Source: the human T2T-CHM13v2.0 reference genome, Homo sapiens
NCBI RefSeq assembly: GCF_009914755.1
Contig: NC_060939.1
DNA length: 64,000 nt
Reading direction: 5' to 3' (one strand)
Positions within the stretch are counted from its first letter, which is position 1. Each line of letters opens with the position of its first letter. The notes beneath the pieces were generated by a model. That model ran no database searches, had not been told where the DNA came from, and saw only the letters and a program-made list of their open reading frames with translations. The translations under genes and the position numbers were made by a program. Shown piece after piece: positions 43,175 through 64,000 of this stretch.

Positions 43175-44222
43175 TCACGGGGCAGGGACCTCCAGCCATG
43201 GCTGTCACCCAGCCCACCCATGTGCCCTCCACCTGTTACCTGCACTAGAATCTGCAGGGCCCAAACACTCTTTTCCCTCTGGAGCAGATCCCACAGCACA
43301 GGCTGGTGGGAAGAAAGACAATATGCCAACAGAGCTGTCTTCTCTGTCTCTCCTGCAGCTCCCCCAGGCATTCCAACTCCACTTGCTGGGATGCTTGTCC
43401 ATCATCTCAAGTGTGATTCTTCAGATATTAAGCTCTTTTAGGTCCGGGATCATATCTCTAATTTCTCTTGTACCCTCTCCCATGCCAGGTCCATAGTTGG
43501 CTCAATTAATACTTGTAGACCTGAACCAAATACTATGAGACTATCTAATTCCATTTTACTGGGCCCAGGGTTTGAAAAAGGTGGCCCCAACATGGAGTAA
43601 GAAATCTTTATATATCCTACAGAACCTAGCAAAGTGCCTTGCATATAATAGGCACTCAGTGAATTAATTATGGTGTTTAACATATTCTCACCCCTCCATT
43701 CTACAGACTAAAAACTGAAGCCCAGAAAAACTAAATGAAATTGCTTGCCTAAGATCACACTAATTTGTGGCACAGTTGAACCTAGAACCAAAGTCTTCTG
43801 ATTGGTAGTGTCCCTGAATCTTTCTCATTCCTACCTTATCTTCCTGTATTCTGCCAGCCTCCAATTCTCACTCTCTAGGGGAAAAATTTAGAGTCCTCTA
43901 ACTTGATCCTTTTTCTTTCTGGTGCAGAAAGTGAGAGAGTCAAAGAGCCCAAAAGAATAACAAGGTAATATTTATTGCATGTTTGTGTATCATGCACTGT
44001 GCTAAGCCCACAGCATGTATTATCTCATATACCATTATCATCCCTAGTTTATAAATGAGACGAGAAAAATATTGCTCAGAGAAGTTAAATAACTCATTCA
44101 AGGCTGGTCACAGAACCAAGATATGAATCCAAGCCTGTCTGACTCTAGAGCTGTGTGCTTCAACTACTACCCCACACTACTGCCTCTGAGTATTCGAGGA
44201 ATTCCCCTGGAGGGCCTTCTCA

Positions 44223-45554
<1,332 letters not shown>

Positions 45555-46349
45555 TCACATTTCCTCCAGCTGAAGATTCTGACCCTGACTCAGAGCCCTC
45601 AAGGGGCATGGCAAGCATAGGCTTTTCTACAAGCGAGGTCCCTGAGAGTTTAGGCGTTACTGGTTGAAATGCTGCAACGGGGCAAAAAAGAGAAAGCTGC
45701 CCTGCCAAGGTCCAAAATCACCTAGGAGAAGCCCCAGTTGGAATTCTTTCTGTCCACCTGGCCCCCTTCTGTCTCCTTTCTTCGTATGCTTTTAGATAGC
45801 TTAAACACAACCCTCAGCGGGCCTCATGTTAGGAAATCTGCTCAGCAACTCAATATGTCTAACTACTGTCTGGCATTGTTGTACTGAAGTAGTAAGGGGG
45901 TAGAGGAATCCAGCTGTGTCCTTATTTTCCAAATCCCATCTTTACTAGCTAACATTATTAAGCGCTATGTGCCAGCACGGTTTTAAGTCGTTTGCATACA
46001 CAGTATCAACTCATTTAACCGGGTGCAACAACTCTGTGGTAACTAATATTATCATTCTCATTTTATAAATGGGGAAACTGAGGTATAGAAAGACTATGTA
46101 ACCTGCTCAAGGTCATATGGCTAGGAAGAGGTGGAGCTGGGACACCAACCCAGACAGTCACACCCCAAAACCACTAAACTACACTCCTCCCATCAGTTTT
46201 CCTCTCTAGAGGCTGAGGTCTTCAGCTCTTCACCTCCAGATTTTCCAGGCCCAATCCCTCAGAACTGGTCTCCTGTTACTTACCATAAGAGCAGCTGTTG
46301 AAGGTTACCTAGGAGGGAAAGAGTAAGGAAGAAAACTACCCCAATTTCA

Positions 46350-47204
<855 letters not shown>

Positions 47205-47493
47205 TCACTGAAGGAGAGGAACACAGAGCCCAAACTCAACCCTGCCCCTGAGCACAGTTCCCTACCTGGATCTAAAGATGAGGTGAGGGGATGGTGAGCT
47301 GAACCCCTTTCACTGGCCTACAGTAAGTCTTGGCCTGCTTTTCTTAACCCTCATTTTTCCCTTTTGCACAAGTCTCTGCCTCTCTCCTTTGTCCTTCTAT
47401 CTAACAGGTTCACCTCCATATTCTTAAAGTCTTTTTCCAGCCACCCTCCTCCTCATCCCCAGTTCTGCTCACTGTTCTTCTTACCTGCAAAGG

Positions 47494-47494
<1 letters not shown>

Positions 47495-47527
<33 letters not shown>
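47495..47527 (-). repeat. (CTG)11 encoding the poly-Leu signal peptide
   Basis: (CAG)11 on +; MALSLWP-L11-SFA. Confidence 0.95.
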
Positions 47528-47528
<1 letters not shown>

Positions 47529-48425
47529 GGCCAGAGGCTGAGAGCCATGTTTCCAAGTGAACACTGGTACCGGAGGTGAGTTCTGGTTATTCTCACCTGT
47601 GTGGGATAGCCAGGTGAGGGCAGGGCACTGCAGGCAACCTGAGGCTCCACTGACACTGTAGTGTGGTCTTTCAGGAAACAATATGTGTAACCTGACAGCA
47701 GGTTTGTTACCTGAGCCGCTGAATATCTGATCCTTTAGCTCTGGAGAAGGGTATGCTTCTGTGAGAGGGACTAATGATAGGGGATCCCAGGGGCCCCTCA
47801 GAGAAACCCAAGGAGATTGCTTGAGTTAGGAGCCAGTGATGCAGAAAGGAACAGGCAGACATGGAGATGGAGAACTGGAGACCAGGGGTGTAATCTGGGG
47901 TTCTGCAGAAGCAAAGAAAACAAAGAGGATATGAAGGAGCTAAGAAGCAAGTAGGATTTGAGGAAATTGAAGAAGAAATGACGCCCAGGAGAAACAAACT
48001 GCACAGCAAGGTATAAACAGACGAGAGGTCCAGTCCAAGGATGGAGAATTCAGGAAGAGGAGAGCTGCTTTCAACTACTACCCAGAACCACAGAGTGTCA
48101 AGAGCTGAGCAGTACCCCAGAGATCACATACACCAAACTTTTTCACTTATGGATAAGGAAACAGACCCAGAGAAATGTGATTTGCTCATTAGGCCATTCA
48201 AATGTTTGGGTCTTTCCTTCCCCCTCCGGGATCCCCTATCATTTGGTTCTTTCTCTGTGGCCTAGTAGGTAAAAGCCCCATCAAAAACTCTGAGCTGAGA
48301 AGACAGAAACCAGATTTAAATCACTATGCACAGGGACTGATCTCCCTACACACAGAATTGCTCATGGAACAGAGAGAGAAAGAGATGTCATTCAAAATAA
48401 TCTGGTCTGGTCAGGGTTAGAAGTC

Positions 48426-49405
<980 letters not shown>

Positions 49406-50697
49406 GATCACAGAAGAGACCTGAGGAATCCTCTGGTAAGAACTTCTCATTTTATAGACAGGGGAATTGAAGCCCAAAGAAATGGAATGACTTAACCCAG
49501 GTCACAAAGACAGCTGGGAGCAATGATGGGATTTTCCAAGGCAAATCAAAAGTTGAGATCAGTGAAATGATCTGTTGTGTAATTTTACCAATATTCCCTT
49601 TGCCCATCAAGGATACCACATCTAGTCTAAAAAGCAGACAGATGAATCCGAGGGAGAATACGACCTGAGTTCCCAACAGCTTTGTGGTTCCAGCCCATCC
49701 TGTAATCCTTCTGAATTTCTGCCCTTCATTCTGTAACAACTCTCTTATAACAAATTATCCTTCTTTCCTCATAGGGTAGCAAAAAATGAGATGGTCTAGG
49801 TTCAAACCCTGGTTCCAACATTTACTAGCTGTGTGTCCTGGGGCAGTTTCTAAATCTCTGTTTTTGGTTTTTTGGGTTTTTGTTGTTGTGGTTGTTGTTG
49901 CTGTTGTTGTTTTTACTGTAAAAAGGAAAAAACCCTAGTGTAGAGTTTTTGTGAGGATTAAATTAGATAATGCATTTAAAGTACTTAGTGCAATGTCTAG
50001 CATTCATTCAACAAAGATTAAGCACTTATTATGGGCCAGACACTGGTACAGAATAAACATTCACTCTATGTTACTATTACTATTATTAGAATAGCTCAAG
50101 ATGATTTTCTCTACTCGAAACTAAAGGAGTTCTAATGAATACATAAATGATTATCTGGAAGTTGTATCTTGAGTGAAAGACCTTCAGAACAAATATGGAA
50201 CTAGTTGAGTCAACCAGAGAGAGAAACAATGAGGATTCCCTCAACTCAGGATGGAAATTTTCCTGGCAGTCCACGTTCTGCTGTTGTAAGCCGTTGATTA
50301 AGCAATTCTCTTGCCGCTAAGGATTCAGACTATGTGCAAACTGATGGCGAAGTGCTTAGGGTTTATGGCAAATATCCCAGGCTATTTGAGTGTATTGGTT
50401 ATTGCTTATAATTTGACAAAGTTCAACAAGAGCGAGACAAGTTCCAACCTGCAGATGACCAAATGGAAACAGAGAACAACCAGCAAATTTAAATTACAAA
50501 GGTCCAGAACAAGAAATTAATCATATGTCCTGCTAAAATGAAATGGATAAGACTGGTGATAACTGGAACACTCTGTGATCTGCCAGTTAGAATGGGTATA
50601 CCTGGGAAGAGCCACAGGAGTTGAGAACTCTGAAACATCCTCACTCCCCAAAACTCCCACAGGATACTCTCTGCCTGACAAGAACAGATACCTCCCT

Positions 50698-51309
<612 letters not shown>

Positions 51310-51608
51310 GATGCCTCTCTTTGTAAAGTACAATTATTTTTCTCTTTTTTTGGTTTGGCTTTGGTAACTGAAATATTTATTGCTTACTAGATATCTAGGT
51401 GTTTTTCACATTTCCCAGGTCTCTTGCAGTTAGCTGGGCTCAGGTGATTAGTTCTGTTCAATGGACTGTGGTTGAACAAAGAATTTAAGAGCTAGCAAAT
51501 GAGCCTCCAACAATCTCTTCCCTGTTGAGGCAACCTAGAAACCACATGTTGAGATGGCAGTGTCACAAGGTCAAAATAGCCCGAGGCTCCAAATTACCAC
51601 AGCATTTA

Positions 51609-54023
<2,415 letters not shown>

Positions 54024-55798
54024 CAATTCAGTGTTTTTAAATATATTACATTGTTGAACTATTCAAGGCTATCTAATTCCAGAACATTTCCATCACCTGC
54101 CAAATAAACCCTATACCTATCATCTGTCAGTCTCAATTCCTCCCTCCCCAACCCCCAAGAAACCACTAATCTACTTTCTGTCTTCATAGATTTGTTTATT
54201 CTGGACATTCAATTCATTTGCCTTTTCCCCATCTTGGCCTTTTTGCCAGACATACTCTTAGGTGAGGACTTTATAATTACCACCCTATTGCCCCCTTCCA
54301 TCTCTTCCCCACTTGGGTAGCAGCCCTTACGTAAGGTTGGGTGTTACTGACCTTACCTCCAGTTCAGGAGAAAGCCTTAATTAGTGATTTCATCACATCC
54401 ACCACCTTACCTCAACAATTTGTTCAGACGTAAGCATATGACCTAACTTCTTGGTGCAATCAGAGTGGTGGTCAGGATATCTTTAGAGGAGTGGAGGTTG
54501 ACTTACCTGCAGTTAATGCCCAAATTTTAAGTGTACATTTTGTTGAATTTTTACATCTGTATATACTGGTGTAACCACCATGCAGATCAAGATATGGAAC
54601 ATATCTATAGCACTCCAGATGCTTCATGCTTCCTCCCCATCAGTATCTTCACTCCAAGAATAACCATTATTGTGACCCAAAGCTCAAAAATTTTGTTCAT
54701 TGACTGAGAAAGGAGTCACTGGCTCTCTTCCCCTGCATATGGGGAAATAGGTATGCAAGCCTAGGCGCTTCAGAAAATTGTCTGGCTACCCAAGTGAAGC
54801 CAGTCTGAGAATAACAAGAACACGTGGAGGAGAGCGCAGACAGGAAAATTCCAGAGAAACAAAACCACAGATCTAACAACAGTGAATTTTTACATTAAAT
54901 CAATCCTGAAGCTATACTACCTTTGAATTTTCCAGTCTCCAGTAAGCTATTTTATTGTTTAAATGGCTTCAACTGATTTTTTTCTCAACTCAGAATTTTT
55001 AACCTGAGTTAGAACCTTAGCTCTACCTCTTACTTGGTATGTGCTCTTGGGCAAGCTACTTAACTTACTTAATTTCTTTAGGCCTTAGTTTTCTGATCTC
55101 TAAAAATGTGACGCTATCTTCCATATATGATTATTTTATGAAATATGCATACTCTATATACAGTATATATATACTAAATATATAAATATCCTCATACATG
55201 TTAAACACTCAATAAGTGATATAATTTTTAATAATAAACATGTCTAAAGACTTAAGTCTTCTAACGATGGAATGGGATCCCTTCTAGATAATAAATCCCA
55301 AATAACTAGAAACATTAAGCATTACCTGGATAATCCTCCTTTCAGTGATGTTCTAAAAGGTGTTCCTGCTTTGATGGGAGATAGATTAACTCTGAAATCC
55401 CTTCTAACACTAAAAACCTGTACAACACTTACTGATTTGAGCACTGCCCTGAGCAATGGCAAAATGAAATAAAGAGACTTTCGGTCCAGAAACAGGTAAA
55501 AATAATATCCAATTAAAGTTAATGGTTCACAAGAGAAGCAACATGAGTAGAACACGCAATGGAAACAATACTTCTCAATTAGTTACACTAACAGCTCTGA
55601 AGATCTCCTTACTCCACAGAGGGGCCTTTACCTATGCATCAGGGAGGGAGAGGGTAAAATTAGGACTCTAATCAGGCAGTAGAGGTTGCAGGAAGGGTGG
55701 AAGCTATAATGATAAAGTCAAGAAATGAGTCAGATTCAGGAGCTGTGGAAAGGGTAGAAAGCTAAGGAGCACAGACTCCGCTGGCATCTGAGCTAACT

Positions 55799-56409
<611 letters not shown>

Positions 56410-57037
56410 TAGACACTTATACTTTTTAATTTTAATGAACAGATATTGTTCTATCTGAATGTTTATATTTTCAATTCTCTATTTCCAACAATTCCCTTCA
56501 TTATCTTTTGCTGGGCCCAAGGATATTGAAGCCATCCATTGCTTTACTTGTCTTCCAAGTTCATCAGTGCCTGCACTGCAAAGGAAACAGATTGTGAGGC
56601 TGGAGAGCTAAGAATATTCTACATATATAAATGTTTGGTGAAGACCTTGCTTTTCTGGGTTCCAGGTTCCCACAAAAGTCTTTATTAATCTTTTAATTAA
56701 GCCTTATGATTCTGTGTACTCTTTGCCATAGACAAGTTTATCAGGATTAAAGAAACTACCTTGCTGCATTTTCCTCCTTTTCACCCTGTCCTCCCTAGAG
56801 AATAAGTGGGAAGGCAGGGCTAAGAATGACTAGAAGGAACAGGATTAAATTTAGGCAACATTGTGAAGTAAGCAAAGCCTGTCTTTCACATCTTGCCCTA
56901 AATTCCATGTTCCAATATTATAAATTCCTCATTTCCCACCTGTGCCCACCACGCACAAACACACAGTCCTCCTCTCTAATTTCTTATTTTCAAACTGAGT
57001 TGATTTCAACTAGATATGAGGGGGAAACCCCAGATAA

Positions 57038-57370
<333 letters not shown>

Positions 57371-58889
57371 TTTTTTTTTCCTTTTAGAGGGAAATTGTAT
57401 TAATCCAAATTAGTCAGAGAGTAATGAAATTTAGGAAAAATAATTTTGGATAGTTCTCAGTTTACATCAAACTCTACTATTTAAATCACATATTTATCTT
57501 TATAGAGGCTGACACTAGAAGGGGCAGATACAAGCAGAAGTTTAGAATTCATAAACCTCTTTAGGGAGTTAGGACAGTGAGCACTTGTGGGCATCCTGCT
57601 CATTGTCTGATCCCCCATAGCTCTCCAGCTTGAGGCTTAGGCCCTGCTGCTCAAGTCTGAAATGCAATCTTCAGAGAGAACAAACGTGCAGAAACTGGTG
57701 GGCTGCCCAAATCAAGCAAGAGCCTACCTTGTCCTAATTCCCAACAACTGGGATTAGACTTTCTCTTCTTGGGAAATAAGCTCTCATACCTCATAGGATT
57801 TGGGTGTCCCCTGCTACAGAAGCAGAGTTTCTAGGTTCTCTCTCAGTTAGAGAAAACTGGGACACATTCCCAGAATATGACATACCAAACCAAGAATTTG
57901 CCTATTTTAGGTGTAGGCAGAAATTGAGAAGCTGAAATGCCAGAATAGTGGACACCCTCCTCCTTCTCCACAGCTATAAATGCTATATATATATTCCCAT
58001 GGTCCCCATGACTGCCCTAACTCCATACCTGCAAACTCTTGTAACTTCTTATGCTCCTCTAGGTTACACTGAAGCTTTTCTAGCAACTCAAAATATCGGA
58101 AGAGTGAGTCTCTGGGCCAAACACGGTCATCCTGATCCATTTCCATTAGCCTGGGCAGATTCTCGTGCACAAGAGTTTCCCAGTCCAAATGACCTATAGG
58201 GAGGAATGCTTCAGAAAAGCATGTCTAGATTTGTAAAAGCTGGGTAAGAGCTGGTAAATCCTATGGTGTGGGTGGAAAGGTGGAGTGGAAAGAGGTAACA
58301 GGAAGCAAGGAGGGAAAGGGTGCATCAGCAAGAAACCACTTTTTACAATGAGCAAAGAGGCCACGGCCACACTTACCCAAAGCGAAGAAGAAGTACAGGG
58401 GAAATTAAGAAGCAAAAAGAAAGTAATTAAGACCAGAAAATTGGAAAGGAGATATAGTAGGAGAGCTCCTGTTAAGACTAAGATGTCTTAAAGAGGAGTC
58501 TGAATTCAAATGGAAAAAACTCATTATTATAGTTCTTCGGCTCACCAATAGATTCAGAAAATCTGGATTCAGAAGAGGAAGAATAGGAAGAGGATGTGGA
58601 TGAGACACAGGAGGAAGACTGGTACTCTCTTTTTTGACAAGGTCTCTTCTGTTTTTGATGCAGATGTTATTAAATCCTCTTCAGTGGCACCATAATTAGA
58701 CTCTACTTCAGACACTTCTGATAAGTCCAAACTTTCCCTTTGTTGACTAGCTCCTCTTGAACTTAAAGAAGAAATTTATGGCTTCACAAACATTTACAAG
58801 ATATGACTAGTCCACTCATTATTCTGGTTCTGCCCCTGGCCACCCCCTAAAGCTGGGGCATAAGACAATGAGGGCCAAACTACTCCCAA

Positions 58890-60029
<1,140 letters not shown>

Positions 60030-60030
<1 letters not shown>

Positions 60031-60497
60031 TTTATTGTTTTTGTTTGTTTTTTTTGAGACAGGGTCTTGCTCTGTCACCCAGGCTGCAGAGCAGTGGCAC
60101 AATCACGGCTCACCACAGCCTCAACCTCTCAGCTCAAGCAGTCCTCCCACCTCAGCCTCCTAAGTAGCTGGGACCACAGGAACACACCACCACATCCAGC
60201 TAATTTTTGTTCGCAGAGACAGGATTTTGCCATATTACCTAGTTTAGTCTTGAACTCCTGAGCTCAAGTCATCTGCCCACCTCAGTTTTCGAAAATGCTG
60301 GTATTATAGGCATGAGTGCCCATGCCCACCCTGCTAAATTTTTGAGATGGGATCTTGCTCTGTTGCCCAGGCTGGAGTATAGTGGTGCAATCATGTCTCA
60401 ATGCAGCCTTGAACTTCTGGCTTGAACTTCAAGCAATCCTCTTGCCTTCACCTCTCAAAGTGTTGGGATTACAAGTGTAAGCCACCACATCCACCCA
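60030..60497 (-). mobile_element. Old Alu plus Alu monomer
   Basis: Diverged antisense Alu consensus. Confidence 0.8.
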
Positions 60498-60602
60498 GTA
60501 ATTATTTGTTAATGAGTGAATGAGTTTACTTCTGCTTCTGCTTTTTTTGTCCACTGCTAAACACTTGGGGTCTAGAATCATATCTGTTTCATGGAAGGTA
60601 TT

Positions 60603-61065
60603 TGTATTAGTGTCCTGTGGCTGCCATAACAAATTACTATAAACTTGGTAGCTTAAAATGACAGAAATATATTCCGTCACAATTCTAGAGGCTAGAGTCT
60701 GAAATGAAGGTGTTGGCAGGGCCATATTCCCTCTGGAGGCTTTAGGGGAGAAGTTCCTTGCCTCTTCTACCTTCTGGCAGCTGCCTGGCATTCCTCAGCT
60801 TCCCTTGGCTTGTGGCGGCATTAACCCTAACCTCTATCTCCGTCTTCACATCGCCTTCTCCTATTCTCTGTGTCTTCTCCTCTTTCAACTCTTATAAGTA
60901 CCCTTGCCATTGGATTTAGGACCTACCTGGATAATCTAGGATGATCTCATCTCAAGATCCTTAACTTAGGATCTTTTTTTTTTTCCAAATAAGGTCACAT
61001 TCACAGGTTCCAGGGAGCAAAGACATGGACATATTATTTCGGGTGCCACTAGTCAACCTACTACA
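60603..61065 (-). mobile_element. MLT1C-like solo LTR
   Basis: tgtattag...gctgccataacaaattac...aataaggtcacattcacaggttcc...ctactaca. Confidence 0.78.
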
Positions 61066-62221
61066 ATATGCAGTTATTAAATGAATGAATTATCTCTCAA
61101 AGCCAATCTTCATCTTTAGTTTTCCACCCTCTCCTCCTTCATGTGTTTCTATCCCAGTTCACATACATACTCCTAACCTGGCATCTATTTTGCTGTGGCT
61201 TGACCTCAGTGCCTCACGTGACATGTTTTTTTCTCCTGCAAAGCAAAAAAAAAAAAGAAAAAAAAAAGAAAAAAGAGCAAAGACAGTTATATTCAAGCAA
61301 AAGTGTGGTAAGAAAAAAAGAGTTCATATCAGAAAGTGAAGAAAACTAATTGGGGAGAACAAATTGTAGTCACGGGGTGAAAAAAATGGAGGACTCCCCA
61401 CAGTGGATGAAGAATCAGGCAATATTCTAGAGCTGGAGAATTCTTATCCTTGGGGGCAAATCTACTGTCACAAAGGGAAAAGTGGGGTCAAGGAGCAGAA
61501 ACAAGAAATGAGCTCAGGAAACCCTTGAGAAGGAAAGTTGGGGTTGAAAAGGGAGAAGTAGATCTCTGGATGATCTGCCGCTTGAACATATCAGCTTTGA
61601 GCTGAACCTCCTGACATGCCATCTCCTCATGCAGCTCTTTCCTGATATTCTGCAAGTTAATGACTTCCCCAAAGGGCCATTAGGAGCTGGGAGATGGTAA
61701 TGACTAGACTTGGGAAGAGGGCTTGGGTGGGGAGAATCCAAGTGAAATATCCAATCCAGAACCCAAGCCTTCCTGCTACACTAGGTTCTTTATACCCATA
61801 AGCCACCAATCCCAGCTTTCAGAATAACTTTTTCCCAACCACACTTCCCAAACAAGTTTCACCTCCTCTATGCTTACCCATCATGGCTACTATGATACTT
61901 CGAAAGATAATGGAGCCAAGCAACAACCAAAGGATGAAATAGATGCTGCTGAAGATGCGACTGACTTCAGGCACCTTCCAGACGTCCTGAAGCAGTGCAT
62001 ACCAATGATCCAAGGTGAAGAGAATGAACACTGTTACCAGGGAATTCGGGAGGTCCCTAAAGAAAAAAGCATGTGAATAGACGGAAGCAGAGACCTAAAC
62101 CTTTCAAAAATGGTATCATTCCTACTTTCAAAGAAACATAAAGCATTTCTTTGTAGTTTGTTCTGATTTTGGCTCCTTTTCTACCATACTGTTTTTAGCT
62201 AATCATTCTTGTTTGAAGTTG

Positions 62222-63021
62222 TTTTATTTTAATTTAATTTAATTTAATTTAATTTTTTTTGAGACAGAGTCTCGCTCTGTTGCCCAGGCTGGAGTGTAGT
62301 GGCACGATCTCAGCTCACTGCAACCTCCACCTCATGGGTTCAAGAGATTCTCGTCTCAGCCCCGCAAGGAGCTGGGATTACAGGCACGCACCACCACGCC
62401 CAGCTAATTTGTGTATTTTTAGTAGAGCCATCTCTACTAAACTTTTGTCATGTTGGCCAGGCTGGTCTCAAACTCCTGACCTAAGGTGATCCACCAGTCT
62501 CAGCCTCCCAAAATGCTAGGATTATAGGCGTGAGCTACCACACCCAGCCTAAATTCTCCTTTATCATGAATAATCTGTGACTACCTCTCACTACTCCATT
62601 AGTCCTGGGGTATAATAAATAATAAATAGGTATTGACTGAATTTTTTAAAGATGAATGAATTTTTAAAGATCAATTTTTTAAAGATGAATGAATCACCAA
62701 CTAGATAGTTTTCTAATTTTTTTTTCTTTTTTTGAGACAGAGTCTCACTCTATCATCCAAGCTGGAGTGGCGTGATCTCAGCTCACTTCAACCTCTGCCC
62801 CCCAGGCTCAAGTGATTGTCTTGACTCAGCCTCCCGAGTAGTTGAGATTACAGGTGTGCACCACCATGCCCAGCTAATTTTCATATTTCATATTTTTAGT
62901 AGAGACAGGGTTTCACCATGTTGGCCAGGCTGGTCTTGAACTCCTGACCTCAAGTGATCTATCTGCCTGCCTCCACCTCCCAAGGTGCTGGGATTACAGA
63001 TGTGAGCCACCATGCCCAGCG
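62222..63021 (-). mobile_element. Antisense Alus ~62222-62549 and ~62717-63021
   Basis: Alu consensus matches. Confidence 0.85.
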
Positions 63022-63540
63022 GTTTTTTCTAATTTTATTCTCCACTGCTCTATGGACTCCACTTAATAGAAGATCACTCGTAAATTTAGCAAAATTTAGC
63101 AAAATTAGCAAATTTAGCAAAATAGAAGATCATTCAAAAAATTATTCCTATTAGTTTGCTGGTATGAAATGATATGCAAGTAAATGGGTATGTTACATAA
63201 ACATATGTGATCCTAAATAATGAATATATACAAATTATAAAATTAATAATATTTAAAAATTGCTAAAAAAGTAAAAAGTTTCCGGGAAGGTATCTAAATT
63301 TTCCTACCTTTCTTTTTAGTTCCCCATACACAATTTATTGAAAACATCAGAGCTTGTATAGGATAAATTCTAGGACTTTCCTAACTCAATACTCTTACAA
63401 AACTATCTGTTAGAGTCTAACAGAGTCCTGAGAGGCGCTGACCAGATTGAATTATAATTCATAAGCAAGATTATCTACTCTAAATTCAAGCTGATTTTCT
63501 TCTAGAAAACACTGATTAGTGAGGTTTTGTTAATATTTAA

Positions 63541-63646
63541 AAAATATGTAACACTTCATAAATTTGTGTTTCATCCTTGCACAAGGGCCATGCTAATCTT
63601 CTCTATATCGTTCCAATTTTAGTACATGTGCTGCCGAAGTGAGCAC
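63541..63646 (-). pseudogene. U6 snRNA retropseudogene, full length
   Basis: Reverse complement GTGCTCACTTCGGCAGCACATGTACTAAAATTGGAACGATATAGAGAAGATTAGCATGGCCC...CATATTTT. Confidence 0.93.
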
Positions 63647-63855
63647 TGATTAGTGTTTTCTAGACAGAGATCAGGAATAGGCGTGTGCATGTGTAATATG
63701 TAGAGATTGGGATAAAACCAGTGATCATATTTGAGAATCATAGTAACATTAATTGATCACTTATAACGTGTTACATACTGTGCTAAGTGCTTAAATGCAT
63801 TACCACATTTAACCCCACACTCTTATGAAGTAGCACTGCTATTATTCCCCCCACC

Positions 63856-64000
<145 letters not shown>

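Noticed and set aside
47630-47715. RFX X-box in the STRC-like promoter
   Set aside because: Only half-sites (ggcaac, gttacc); no full palindromic X-box.

Overview
Human (or near-identical great-ape) genomic DNA from the chr15q15.3 ~100-kb tandem segmental duplication (DFNB16 / deafness-infertility locus). It is the pseudogene-bearing copy, identified by a CAA>TAA stop at stereocilin codon 1353 and by frameshifts in the CATSPER2-like exons. Left to right: a PPIP5K1 paralog (PPIP5K1P1, - strand, 23 coding-type exons, running off the left edge); ubiquitous mitochondrial creatine kinase (CKMT1A, + strand, complete 417-aa CDS in 9 coding exons); STRCP1 (- strand, all 29 exons); and the last six exons of CATSPER2P1 (- strand). 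Introns are Alu-dense and also hold MER20, MER82, MLT1 LTRs, L2/MIR, two U6 retrocopies and a U13 snoRNA retrocopy. I found no wholly new biological system. Main leads: (1) the PPIP5K1 'pseudogene' has an unbroken 989-codon spliced ORF with both catalytic domains and an Arg>Gln change at a conserved substrate-binding arginine; (2) STRCP1 has one disabling lesion, bypassable in frame by skipping exons 20+21; (3) CATSPER2P1 lesions partly compensate and predict a new hydrophobic C-terminus; (4) divergence from the parent genes is strongly mosaic. Comparisons with reference proteins are from memory and need alignment; repeat boundaries are approximate.
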